This document shows positions 53,686 through 62,860 of a DNA stretch of 64,000 nt, in pieces. The DNA is taken from positions 4,007-68,006 of the forward strand of contig JAYOFL010000003.1 of the NCBI GenBank assembly GCA_038117205.1, written 5' to 3'. The notes beneath the pieces are model-generated. The model ran no database searches. It was not told the origin of the DNA and saw only the letters and a program-made list of their open reading frames with translations. Numbering within the stretch: position 1 is the stretch's first letter; every line of letters begins with the position of its first letter. This DNA is from Rhodospirillales bacterium. Its GTDB lineage: Bacteria; Pseudomonadota; Alphaproteobacteria; Rhodospirillales; Casp-alpha2. The position numbers were made by a program, and so were the translations under genes.

Positions 53686-54627
53686 GTGCGCGGGCGTTTC
53701 GCCGAGAACGTCTTACCCGATCTGGTCCGCTGGCGGACCGGCGGCAAGAAGTCGGCGCTGCTGACGCTCTATAACGTCGAGCCGACCGGGCCACGCCCGG
53801 CCGGCAGCCAGATGGCCGTGTCGGAAGCCGGCGACTTCGTCGGCTTCCTGTCCGGCGGCTGCGTCGAAGGCGCGCTGGTCGAGGAAACCCGCGCCGCCAT
53901 GGCGGACGGCAAGAACCGCCGCATCCGCTACGGCGTCAACTCCCCCTATTTCGACATCGAACTGCCGTGCGGCAGCGCCATCGACATCCACATCGACGTC
54001 GGCTTCGCCGACAAGGACGCGGGCAGCATCCTGGACGCGATGGCGGCGCGGACGCCGGTCCGGCTGGTCAGCGACATGGCGACCGGCGCCAACGCCATAT
54101 TGCCGGCGGCGGATGCGACGGAACGGCCACAACTGAAACTCGACGGCGATACGTTCGACCGCCTGTACCGGCCGACGCCCCGGCTCGTCGTCGCCGGCAA
54201 GGGACCGGCGGTCGTCGCCGCCGCCGAGATCGCCAAATCGGCCGGGCTCGAGGTGCTGGCCGTGACGACGGAGGACGACACGGCCGCCGCCGCCGCCGAG
54301 CACGGCGCGGCGACGCGCAAGGTTCTCGATCCGGCGGCGCTCGACGCCTGGACCGCCGTGACGACGCTGTTTCACGAGCACGAGCTGGAAAACCCGGTGC
54401 TGACGGCGGCGATGAAGTCGCCGGCCTTCTACATCGGCGCGCTCGGCAGCCGGAAGACGCAGGCGGAGCGTGTGGTGCGGTTGATCGACGAGGGCTGGCC
54501 TGAAGCGGACGTGAAGCGCATCCACGGTCCCGCCGGGCTCGACATCGGGTCCCGCAACCCGCCGGAAATCGCCATCTCGCTCATCGCGCAAATCCTCAAG
54601 GTCTATCGCGACCGGTATCCGACATGA
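53686..54627 (+). CDS. xdhC: XdhC/CoxI-family molybdoenzyme maturation factor
   Basis: 313 aa with a GTG start. It has an N-terminal XdhC_CoxI block (FLSGGCVEGAL) and a C-terminal Rossmann-like domain. Confidence 0.8.
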   Translation: MRGRFAENVLPDLVRWRTGGKKSALLTLYNVEPTGPRPAGSQMAVSEAGDFVGFLSGGCVEGALVEETRAAMADGKNRRIRYGVNSPYFDIELPCGSAIDIHIDVGFADKDAGSILDAMAARTPVRLVSDMATGANAILPAADATERPQLKLDGDTFDRLYRPTPRLVVAGKGPAVVAAAEIAKSAGLEVLAVTTEDDTAAAAAEHGAATRKVLDPAALDAWTAVTTLFHEHELENPVLTAAMKSPAFYIGALGSRKTQAERVVRLIDEGWPEADVKRIHGPAGLDIGSRNPPEIAISLIAQILKVYRDRYPT

Positions 54628-55217
54628 TCGACGCCAAGGACGTTGCCGTCGTCGTTCTGGCGGCGGGGGCCTCCACCCGGTTCGGAGAAAACGACAAGCT
54701 GACGCATCCCGTCGACGGTAAGGCGATGGTGCGCCATGCCGTCGAGGCGGCGCGGGCGGCCGGCGCGGGCGAGATCGTCGTCGTCACCGGGCCTTCGGAC
54801 GCCGCCGTTCGAGTGGCCCTCGACGGTCTCGACGTCCGGCTGGTCAGGAACGGTTCCGCCGCCGACGGCATGGGAACCTCGATCGCCTGCGGCGCCAACG
54901 CCGTCGGCGACAGCGCTGGCGCCATTCTGGTGATGCTGGGCGACATGCCCTACGTGCGGGCGGCGACGCTCGGCGCACTCTTCGCCGCCTTCGACCCGAA
55001 GGGCGGCAAGGATATTGTCGCCCCCGTGCACGACGGCCGGCGCGGCCACCCGGTGTTGTTCGGCAAGCGGCATTTCACGGCGCTCTGGGCCCTTTCCGGC
55101 GACAACGGCGCGAGGAGTGTCCTCACGGCAAGGCCGGAGCGGGTGAAGACGGTCCCCGTCGACGATCCGGGCGTCCACCGCGATATCGACACGCCGGGCG
55201 ATCTTCCGTCCGCCTGA
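54624..55217 (+). CDS. mocA: MobA-like nucleotidyltransferase (molybdenum cofactor cytidylyltransferase type)
   Basis: ATGA-coupled to xdhC. VVLAAGASTRFG and MLGDMPYV motifs are present. Confidence 0.7.
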   Translation: MIDAKDVAVVVLAAGASTRFGENDKLTHPVDGKAMVRHAVEAARAAGAGEIVVVTGPSDAAVRVALDGLDVRLVRNGSAADGMGTSIACGANAVGDSAGAILVMLGDMPYVRAATLGALFAAFDPKGGKDIVAPVHDGRRGHPVLFGKRHFTALWALSGDNGARSVLTARPERVKTVPVDDPGVHRDIDTPGDLPSA

Positions 55218-55221
55218 TCCC

Positions 55222-56373
55222 TCAGAGCCCCGCCAGCCGGAACCCGTAGGCGACGATTACCGCCGGCACGGCGCTGTAGAGCGTCGCCAGCAGCGCCGCC
55301 TTCGGCGCCTTGGCGATGGCCGGGAACAACGCGTCGCCGTCATTGGCGATGGAGTTGCCGATCTGCGCCGAGAACGGCAACACACCGCTGACATGCAGCG
55401 ACGCTACCAGGATCTGCGGGCCGCAACCGGGGATAGCCGCCAGCGCGATGGCGATCAGCGGCAGCGCCCAGCCGGCGTTCGAGACCAGGCCTTCCAAGCG
55501 GAAGCCGAAAGCCACCGAGACGACCTCGTAGCCGACCAGCGCGAACAGCGACCAGGCGAGGACGAAGTTGGTGCCGATGGCGATCTTGCTGAGCGGTTGC
55601 GGCTCGCCGGCTTCGCCGCGGCAATCGTCCATGTCGCCGTCCATGATCCACATGACGGCCCCCAACGTGACGCCGACGACGGCGATGGCGTCGATGGCGG
55701 CGGCGAGCGCGCCCGTGGGTTCCACGTTGGCGAGCGAGAGCGGCACGCCGACGACGGCTGCCGGGATCATCAGGGCGAGCCAGACGCGATCCTGGGCGCG
55801 GACGCGCGCGGAACCGGCGGCGACGGCGGCCCGCTCCCCGACGCGCGGACGCGGCCGCATGAAGTCCGGGCCGTGCACCGCGTCGATCAAATAGCCGGTC
55901 GGCAGGGCGACGGCGAAGGAAATACCGACGACCGCGAGCCCGCTCATCGGCGCCGCCGACAACAACAAGAAGACGGCGTCGCCACCGGTCGCGATCAGGG
56001 TCGCCACCAGGGCGCCGAAGCTGACCTGGCCGCGCGTGAAGTAGGTGACGGCGACGATGGCGCCGCCGCAGCCCGGAAAGGCACCCAGCGCCGCGCCGAG
56101 CGGCACCTGCCAGCGCGGATTGCGGGCGATGCCGGCGCCGATGTCGGTGCCCATCAGCCGTTCGACGCCCAGCACCAGCGACAGCGTGGCGGCGACGAAT
56201 ATGGCAAGCTCGCTGTAAGCGCCAAGCGCCGCCTCGGACGACGGTCCGGCCGCGCCCGGCACCGCCAGGACGGCGGCCAAAAGGGCCAGCAGCCCGGCGG
56301 CGCGGAGGATACGCGCCGGGTCCGATTGCGGCAGGCTCAGGGTCGTCTGAACGCTATGCACCAGGGCGGTCAT
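55222..56373 (-). CDS. polytopic membrane transporter with internal duplication (resembles the 10-TM family labelled putative manganese transporter / ArsP_2; tentative)
   Basis: Start at MTALVHSVQ with a GAGGTGAG RBS. Two homologous halves each carry a PGCG motif (GAFPGCGGAIVAV and AAIPGCGPQILVA). The family name is from memory. Confidence 0.5.
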   Translation of the reverse strand: MTALVHSVQTTLSLPQSDPARILRAAGLLALLAAVLAVPGAAGPSSEAALGAYSELAIFVAATLSLVLGVERLMGTDIGAGIARNPRWQVPLGAALGAFPGCGGAIVAVTYFTRGQVSFGALVATLIATGGDAVFLLLSAAPMSGLAVVGISFAVALPTGYLIDAVHGPDFMRPRPRVGERAAVAAGSARVRAQDRVWLALMIPAAVVGVPLSLANVEPTGALAAAIDAIAVVGVTLGAVMWIMDGDMDDCRGEAGEPQPLSKIAIGTNFVLAWSLFALVGYEVVSVAFGFRLEGLVSNAGWALPLIAIALAAIPGCGPQILVASLHVSGVLPFSAQIGNSIANDGDALFPAIAKAPKAALLATLYSAVPAVIVAYGFRLAGL

Positions 56374-56417
56374 GGTCTCACCTCTTTCCTCGGCCAATAC
56401 ATAGGGTCGGCCGCTCA

Positions 56418-56446
56418 ATTATGCAATTAATAATTATTAGCATAAT
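56418..56446. promoter_or_regulatory. inverted repeat ATTATGC-N15-GCATAAT in the AT-rich divergent transporter/oxyR promoter
   Basis: 7-bp perfect arms in the most AT-rich island of the window. A second repeat, CGATA-N7-TATCG, lies at 56501-56517, just upstream of the oxyR ATG. Confidence 0.35.
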
Positions 56447-56536
56447 TGACAGCATCATATTACCGAGCCCCAATTCGTCCGTGAAATTGATTGTTTCGAC
56501 CGATATGATCGTTATCGGTGATTAATAGGTGAACCC

Positions 56537-57442
56537 ATGAATCTCCGCGATCTCCGCTACATCGTCGCCGTCGCCGACGAGGGTCATTTCGGCCGCGCCG
56601 CCGACATCTGCTGCGTCGGGCAGCCGGCGCTGAGCGGCCAGATCAAGAAGCTGGAAGACTATCTGGGCGTCCAGATCTTCGAGCGCACCAACCGCCGCGT
56701 CGCCGTGACGCCGGTCGGCGAGACCATCGCCGCCAAGGCCCGGCAGCTTCTCGTCATCGCCGACGACATCGAGGCGACGGCGCGCGCCTTCGCCGATCCG
56801 TTCGCCGGCCCGCTGCGGCTCGGCCTCATTCCGACCATCGGCCCGTTCCTGCTGCCGCTGGTGATGAAAGCCATCCGCAAGGCGCTGCCGAAGGTCGACC
56901 TGATCATCGTCGAGGACCTGACGGAACACCTGGAACGGCAACTGGCGGAGGGTGGCGTCGATGCCGCCATCACGGCGACGCCGCCCGGCATCGCCGGCGT
57001 CGCGGAAATTCCGCTCTACGACGAACCGTTTTGGGTCGCGCTGCCACCGGGGCACGCCCTCGAAAGCCAGAAGGCCGTCGATGTCGGCCGCATCGACCCG
57101 GCGCTGCTGCTGCTGCTGACGGACGGACATTGTCTGCGCGACCAGGTAGTGTCCGCCTGCCGCATCAAGGACGCGGGCGGCACCGCCGACACCCGCGCCA
57201 CCAGCCTGGAAACGGTCGTCGGCCTCGTCGCCGCCGGCGAGGGCGTGACGCTGCTCCCGGCCCTCGCCCTCGAACAGGGCGGCCGGCGCCGGCCGGGTCT
57301 CGTCATCCGCCCGACCAAATCGACGGTCGGACGCGACGTGAAGCTGATATTCCGGGCCGGTTATCCGCGCCGCGCCGTCCTCGACCGGCTGGCCGAGGTC
57401 ATCCGCGGACGATTGCCCGATAGCGTCGAGAAAACGGCTTAG
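56537..57442 (+). CDS. oxyR: LysR-family hydrogen-peroxide sensor OxyR
   Basis: MNLRDLRYIVAVADEGHFGRAADICCVGQPALSGQIKKLEDYLG closely parallels E. coli OxyR. The redox pair is conserved as GHCLRDQVVSAC, with the Cys residues 9 apart as in C199/C208. The ATSLETVVGLVAAGEGVTLLP block is also present. Confidence 0.8.
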   Translation: MNLRDLRYIVAVADEGHFGRAADICCVGQPALSGQIKKLEDYLGVQIFERTNRRVAVTPVGETIAAKARQLLVIADDIEATARAFADPFAGPLRLGLIPTIGPFLLPLVMKAIRKALPKVDLIIVEDLTEHLERQLAEGGVDAAITATPPGIAGVAEIPLYDEPFWVALPPGHALESQKAVDVGRIDPALLLLLTDGHCLRDQVVSACRIKDAGGTADTRATSLETVVGLVAAGEGVTLLPALALEQGGRRRPGLVIRPTKSTVGRDVKLIFRAGYPRRAVLDRLAEVIRGRLPDSVEKTA

Positions 57443-57450
57443 GTCCGAGC

Positions 57451-58644
57451 TTAGGCCTTACCCTTGAGGGCGTCGCCGAGATAGGCGGCGGCGGCCTGCA
57501 CGCCGCCCTCGCCATGCGGCATGCCGATGGCGCGCATGGAAATCTCGATCGACGCCAGCGTCCCCATGGTCATGGGGGCGTTGACGTGGCCCATGTGGGC
57601 GATGCGGAACGCCTTGCCAGCGAGCGCGCCAATACCGATGCCGACGGTGACGCCGCAGTGTTCCTGACAGTATTTCAGCATCGGCGCCGGATCGACGCCG
57701 TCGTGCATCCTGACCGTCGTGACGGAGGCGGAGCGTTCCGCCGGCGTCGGCACGTTGAATTCGAAGCAGCCGCCGTCGCTCCAACGCGCGACCGCCGCCC
57801 GCACGGCGCCGGAAAGGAGCTCGTGGCGGCGGAAGATGTTCTCGAGCCCCTCGGCCAGGATCATGTCGAGGCTCTTGCGCAGCCCGAACAGCAGATGCGA
57901 CGGCGGCGTGCCGGCGTATTTCTGGTAGTGCTCGTTGCCGTTGCGCCGTGTCCAATCCCAGTAGGCGGTGCGGAGACCGGCCGTCTCGTGCACCTTCAAG
58001 GCCTTGGCGTTGGCGGCGACGAACGCGAGACCGGGCGGTGTCATCAATCCCTTCTGCGATCCCGTCACGGCGACGTCGACGCCCCACTCGTCCATCTCGA
58101 ACGGCATGGTGGCGAGCGAGGCGATGGCGTCGACCATCAGCAGCGCCCCGTGCCCGGCGGCGTCCATGGCGCGGCGGATCGCCGGGATGTCGTTGACGCA
58201 GCTCGACGCCGTGTCGATCTGCACCACCAGCACGGCCTTGATCTCGCCCTTCTTGTCGGCGCGCAGCCGTTCCTCGACCTTGGCCGGATCGACGGCGTTC
58301 CGCCAATCGCCCGGCAGCACCTCGACCTCGATACCCATGGTCTTGCCGGCCTCGCCCCAGCCGATGGCGAAGCGGCCGCTTTCCAGCACCAGCACCTTGT
58401 CGCCCGGCGAGAACACGTTCGAAATCGCCGCTTCCCAGCCGCCGTGGCCGTTGCAGATGTAGATGTACGGATAGCCCGTGGTGCGGAAGATCTTCGGCAG
58501 GTCGGCGAGGACGCTGTCGGTGATGCGCCGCAACTCGCCGCCGTAGATTTCGATGGCCGGGCGGTGCATGGCGCTCAGGACTTCGTCGGGGATCGTCGTC
58601 GGACCGGGAATCGCGAGAATCTCGCGGCCGTTTCGTATCGTCAT
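57451..58644 (-). CDS. class V aminotransferase (serine/alanine-glyoxylate aminotransferase-like)
   Basis: 397 aa with AIPGPTTIPDEVLSAM at the N-terminus and the SQKGLMTPPG lysine motif. Confidence 0.8.
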   Translation of the reverse strand: MTIRNGREILAIPGPTTIPDEVLSAMHRPAIEIYGGELRRITDSVLADLPKIFRTTGYPYIYICNGHGGWEAAISNVFSPGDKVLVLESGRFAIGWGEAGKTMGIEVEVLPGDWRNAVDPAKVEERLRADKKGEIKAVLVVQIDTASSCVNDIPAIRRAMDAAGHGALLMVDAIASLATMPFEMDEWGVDVAVTGSQKGLMTPPGLAFVAANAKALKVHETAGLRTAYWDWTRRNGNEHYQKYAGTPPSHLLFGLRKSLDMILAEGLENIFRRHELLSGAVRAAVARWSDGGCFEFNVPTPAERSASVTTVRMHDGVDPAPMLKYCQEHCGVTVGIGIGALAGKAFRIAHMGHVNAPMTMGTLASIEISMRAIGMPHGEGGVQAAAAYLGDALKGKA

Positions 58645-58837
58645 GGTTTTCCGTCGCCTTTCCGTGCCTTGGCCGTCTCAAAGGTGCGCGATGATTGATC
58701 GCCGGGCCGTGCTTGTCCAGGCCAGTCCTCGGGACGGTCGTCCGGAGCAACCCCTCGGGACACCAGTTCGGAACCGTTCGGTCTTGCCGCGCCCGGCCCG
58801 GACGCTAAAGTAGCCGGCAAATTTCGGGGAGGCTGCC

Positions 58838-59629
58838 ATGGCCCGCGACAGCCATGAGATCGACTATCAACTGCTCGGCAACGATATCCAGGTGGTCGAG
58901 ATCGAACTCGATCCCGGCGAGACCGTGATCGCCGAGGCCGGCGCCATGAACTACATGGACGGCGGCGTCGCCTTCGAAACCCGCATGGGCGATGGCTCGA
59001 AGGCGAACCAGGGCATCTTCGGCAAGATGTTCGAGGCCGGCAAACGGGCGCCCACCGGCGAATCCCTCTTCATGACGCATTTCACCAACGAGGGTTCGGG
59101 CAAGCAGCGGGTCGCCTTCGCCGCCCCCTACCCCGGCCAGATCGTGCCGATCAATCTCACCGAGCACGGCGGCGAGCTGGTTTGTCAGAAGGACGCGTTC
59201 CTCTGCGCCGCGCGCGGCACCCAGATCGACATCGTCTTCAACAAGCGGCTCGGCGCCGGCTTCTTCGGCGGCGAGGGGTTCATCCTGCAGAAACTCAAGG
59301 GCGACGGCCTGGCCTTCGTCCATGCCGGCGGCACGGTCGTCAAGAAGCAGCTCTCAGGCGGCGAATTGCTGGTCGACACCGGCTGTCTGGTCGGCTTCAC
59401 GACCGGCATCGACTACGACATCAAGCTGGCCGGCGGGCTCAAATCCATGATCTTCGGCGGCGAGGGCATCTTCCTCGCCCGTCTCAAGGGCACCGGCACC
59501 GTCTATCTGCAGAGCCTGCCGTTCTCGCGGCTGGCGGATCGCATCTATCAGGCGGCGGCGCATCTCGCCGGCAAGGACAAGGGGGAGGGATCGCTGCTCG
59601 GGCGCAAGCTCGACGGCGACAATTCATGA
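58838..59629 (+). CDS. AIM24 / TIGR00266 (DUF124) family protein
   Basis: 263 aa with the [12 protein letters not shown]...[22 protein letters not shown]...[12 protein letters not shown] pattern typical of the family. Confidence 0.8.
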   Translation: MARDSHEIDYQLLGNDIQVVEIELDPGETVIAEAGAMNYMDGGVAFETRMGDGSKANQGIFGKMFEAGKRAPTGESLFMTHFTNEGSGKQRVAFAAPYPGQIVPINLTEHGGELVCQKDAFLCAARGTQIDIVFNKRLGAGFFGGEGFILQKLKGDGLAFVHAGGTVVKKQLSGGELLVDTGCLVGFTTGIDYDIKLAGGLKSMIFGGEGIFLARLKGTGTVYLQSLPFSRLADRIYQAAAHLAGKDKGEGSLLGRKLDGDNS

Positions 59630-61224
59630 GCATCGAATTCGATTACATCATCGTCGGCGGCGGCTCGGCGGGCTGCACGCTCGCCAACCGCCTGAGCGCG
59701 GAACCCAACGTCTCGGTCATGATGATCGAGGCCGGCGGCGAAGACAAAAACCCGTGGATCCACATCCCGGCCGGCTTCATCAAGACCATGGTCGATCCGG
59801 GCGTGAACTGGCTGTTCGAGACCAAGCCGGAAGCCGGCACCGGCGACCGGCCGATCCCGATCCCGCGCGGCAAGGTGCTGGGCGGATCGAGCTCCATCAA
59901 CGGCATGTTGTACGTGCGCGGCCAGGCCCGCGACTACGACGACTGGGCGCAGATGGGCAACCGCGGCTGGTCCTACGCCGACGTGCTGCCGTATTTCAAA
60001 CGCTCCGAGCACCGTGAAGGTGGCGGCAACGAATTCCACGGCGACAGCGGCCCCCTGAACGTCGCCGACGTCCGCGTCCGCTACGACGCGCTCGACAAGG
60101 TGATCGACGCCGGCGGCGAGCTCGGCTACCCGATGCATCACGACTACAACGGCGCCAAGCAGGAGGGCTTCTGCTACTACCAGCTGACGCAGAAGAACGG
60201 CCGCCGGCTCAGCGCCAAGACGGCGTTCATCGACCCGATCCGCAAGAAACGCCGCAACCTCAAAATCGAGCGCAACGCGCAGGTGAAGCGCGTCATGTTC
60301 GAGGGCCGGCGCGCCGTCGGCGTCGCCTTCGATCAGTTCGGTATCGAGCGGCGCATGCGGGCACGGAAGGAAGTGATCCTCTGCGCCGGCGCCGTGCAGT
60401 CGCCGCAGATTCTGGAGCTTTCCGGTATCGGTCAGGCGGCGCGGTTGAAGGACCTCGGCATCGAACCGCTGGTCGATCTCAAGGGCGTCGGCGAAAACCT
60501 GCAGGACCACTACATCTCCCGCCTGACGTGGGAAATCAAAGGCCTCGAAAGTCTGAACCAGATGGTGCGCGGCGTCCCGCTGGTCGCGGAAGTGCTGAAA
60601 TACTTCCTCGGCAACACAGGCGCGCTGACGTTGCCGGCCGGCATCGTCGGCGGCTTCGTCAAGTCGAACCCCGATCTGGAAGAGCCGGACATCCAGTACC
60701 ACATCGTGCACGCGACCTTCAAAGACCCGAAGAAGCGCGTCTTCGACAAGTTTCCGGGCCTGACCATCGGTCCCTGCCAATTGCGCCCGGAGAGCCGAGG
60801 CTCCATCCACATCGAAAGCGCCGATCCCCTGAAGGCGCCGGCCATCCGGCCGAACTTCCTCTCCGTCGAAACAGACCAGCGGGTGCTGGTCGCCGGCATG
60901 AAGATCGCGCGGCAGTTGATGGCGACCAAGACCCTCGGCCCCTACAAGGTCCGGGAAGTGACGCCGGGCGACGACTGCCGGACCGACGACGAGTTGCTCG
61001 ACTACGCCCGCAACACCGGCGCCACCATCTATCACCCCGTCAGCACGTGCCGCATGGGTATCGACGACGGCGCGGTGGTCGATCCGACGCTCAAAGTCCG
61101 GGGCGTCGAGGGGCTTCGCGTGGTGGATGCTTCCGTCATGCCGCGGCTCGTTTCCGGGAACACCAACGCGCCGGTCATCATGATCGCGGAAAAGGCGGCG
61201 GACATGATCCGCGCCGACGCGTGA
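59626..61224 (+). CDS. GMC-family FAD oxidoreductase (choline dehydrogenase-like)
   Basis: The real start is [21 protein letters not shown]-coupled to the AIM24 gene. [14 protein letters not shown] and C-terminal HPVSTCRMG blocks are present. Confidence 0.9.
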   Translation: MSIEFDYIIVGGGSAGCTLANRLSAEPNVSVMMIEAGGEDKNPWIHIPAGFIKTMVDPGVNWLFETKPEAGTGDRPIPIPRGKVLGGSSSINGMLYVRGQARDYDDWAQMGNRGWSYADVLPYFKRSEHREGGGNEFHGDSGPLNVADVRVRYDALDKVIDAGGELGYPMHHDYNGAKQEGFCYYQLTQKNGRRLSAKTAFIDPIRKKRRNLKIERNAQVKRVMFEGRRAVGVAFDQFGIERRMRARKEVILCAGAVQSPQILELSGIGQAARLKDLGIEPLVDLKGVGENLQDHYISRLTWEIKGLESLNQMVRGVPLVAEVLKYFLGNTGALTLPAGIVGGFVKSNPDLEEPDIQYHIVHATFKDPKKRVFDKFPGLTIGPCQLRPESRGSIHIESADPLKAPAIRPNFLSVETDQRVLVAGMKIARQLMATKTLGPYKVREVTPGDDCRTDDELLDYARNTGATIYHPVSTCRMGIDDGAVVDPTLKVRGVEGLRVVDASVMPRLVSGNTNAPVIMIAEKAADMIRADA

Positions 61225-61231
61225 GCCGGAC

Positions 61232-62179
61232 ATGAGCACAGTGAAAGGCCAAGTCGCCGAAATCGTGCCGCTCGGCGCCGAGATCAAGAGCTTCCGCTTC
61301 GCCGCGCCGGCCGGCCAGCCGTTCACCGGCATGGCGCCCGTTTGCCACGTCGACGTGCATCTGCCGAACGGTTTGATCCGGCAGTATTCGCTCTGGGATT
61401 GGGACCCGGCGGGTGCGTGGATCGCCGTCGGCGTGAAGAAGGAACCGGCCGGACGCGGCGGCTCGGCGTGGCTGCACGACAACCTGAAGACGGGCGACAG
61501 CGTCGATCTCGGCGGCATCCGCAACAATTTCGTCCTCGACGAGAACGCGGGCGGCTACACCCTGATCGCCGGCGGTATCGGCGTGACGCCGATGGTCGCT
61601 ATGGCGAGGCGGCTCAAGGCGCTCGGCAAGCCGTTCCATTTCTATTATCTCGCCCGCGACGAGAAGGCGGCGGGCTTCGATCCGGTGCTGAAGGGCCTCG
61701 GCCTCGACGGCGCCCTGACGGCGCACCGGGACGACCGGGACGGCCTGTTCGACATCAAGGCGCTTCTGTCCAAGTTGCCGGGCGACACGCAGGTCTATTT
61801 CTGCGGGCCGGAAGGCATGCTGCAGGCGGTGCTGACCGCCACCGAGGGATGGCCGTCGTCCCGCGTGCACTTCGAGCGCTTCGTGGCGGCGGCGGCGACG
61901 GATGCGCCCAAGGGCGAGTTCCAGGTCGTGCTCGCAAAGACGGACCGGACGTTCGAGATCCCCGCCGACAAGAGCATCCTCGACGTCCTCCTGGATGCCG
62001 GCCTCACGCCCGATTTCGGCTGCATGGGCGGCGTCTGCGGCGCCTGCACGACGAGCGTCATCGAAGGCGAGGTCGATCACCACGACAGTGTCATGCCGGC
62101 GGAACAGCACGACGCCGAAGGCTCGATTTGCATCTGCGTGTCGCGCGCCAAGAGCGCGCGGCTGGTACTCGATCTCTAG
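61232..62179 (+). CDS. PDR/VanB-family reductase (FMN/NAD-binding plus C-terminal 2Fe-2S)
   Basis: 315 aa with RQYSLW, GGIGVTPM and a C-terminal CGACTTSV plant-type ferredoxin cluster. Confidence 0.85.
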   Translation: MSTVKGQVAEIVPLGAEIKSFRFAAPAGQPFTGMAPVCHVDVHLPNGLIRQYSLWDWDPAGAWIAVGVKKEPAGRGGSAWLHDNLKTGDSVDLGGIRNNFVLDENAGGYTLIAGGIGVTPMVAMARRLKALGKPFHFYYLARDEKAAGFDPVLKGLGLDGALTAHRDDRDGLFDIKALLSKLPGDTQVYFCGPEGMLQAVLTATEGWPSSRVHFERFVAAAATDAPKGEFQVVLAKTDRTFEIPADKSILDVLLDAGLTPDFGCMGGVCGACTTSVIEGEVDHHDSVMPAEQHDAEGSICICVSRAKSARLVLDL

Positions 62180-62739
62180 CCGGCGTGCGGCGTCGCGCCG
62201 AGCGACGCCCGCAACGCCATGCACTTCCGGATGTTCTCGACGGTCATGATGGCGGTGACGTTAACGCCGTCCTCCGAAAGCGGAAACCGGATGTCGGGAA
62301 AATCCCGCCGTAAGCCGGACGCGAGCCGGATGCGGTGGACGAGTTTCTGCGGCTGCCGACCCTCGATCATTTTCGGCGCCGTTTCGATGAAGCTGTCCAT
62401 GATGCCGCGATGATCGACCTCGGAAAGGCGCTTGCCGCTCAGTTCGACCCCGAATGCATCGACGAGCTCGACACCCCAGAAGCGCACGTAAAAATCCCCA
62501 CCGCCGTCAATGACGTCGGCGACCATGACGCCGCCACGGAGTTCCGCCGGAAACCCGAGCAGGTCGATCTCCGACCAGCGCGGCGCGAACCGGTCGCCCC
62601 ACGCGGCATCCCAGATATTGCAGACGATATCGAGCCGATGCTCGGCAAGAAGCTTCGCCGACGCGTCACCGAGGCACTCGGCGCCGCGAAGCCGGGCCGC
62701 CTTCTCCGGATCGAAACCGTTCGGCAGGTGTTGCAGCAT
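62176..62739 (-). CDS. PAS_5 (DUF1457) domain protein
   Basis: 187 aa. IWDAAWGDRFAPRWSEIDLLGFPAELRGGVMVADV...FYVRFWG is typical of the alphaproteobacterial DUF1457 family. It has a 4-nt convergent overlap with the reductase gene. Confidence 0.7.
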   Translation of the reverse strand: MLQHLPNGFDPEKAARLRGAECLGDASAKLLAEHRLDIVCNIWDAAWGDRFAPRWSEIDLLGFPAELRGGVMVADVIDGGGDFYVRFWGVELVDAFGVELSGKRLSEVDHRGIMDSFIETAPKMIEGRQPQKLVHRIRLASGLRRDFPDIRFPLSEDGVNVTAIMTVENIRKCMALRASLGATPHAG

Positions 62740-62860
62740 CGCTGTTTAGGTCCTCGGCATACCTCGGCGCGCCGAGAGAGGCAGCCCCCTGGCGCATCGA
62801 ACATCGCGGCCGCCGGTGAGATCGCTCCGATCCCACGCGGCGCCCATTGTTTTTATTTGG

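Noticed and set aside
58690-58813. A 40-codon ORF (MIDRRAVLVQASPRDGRPEQ...) in the aminotransferase/AIM24 spacer
   Set aside because: It is Arg/Pro-rich with no RBS and no hydrophobic or structured character. It looks like chance in GC-rich DNA, unlike the small ORF at 1707-1829.
62763-62776. The 14-bp GC palindrome CTCGGCGCGCCGAG between glcB and the PAS_5 gene, as a possible terminator or operator
   Set aside because: It leaves essentially no loop, has no U-tract on either strand, and lies about 90 nt from the glcB stop. Short GC palindromes of this kind are common in GC-rich DNA.
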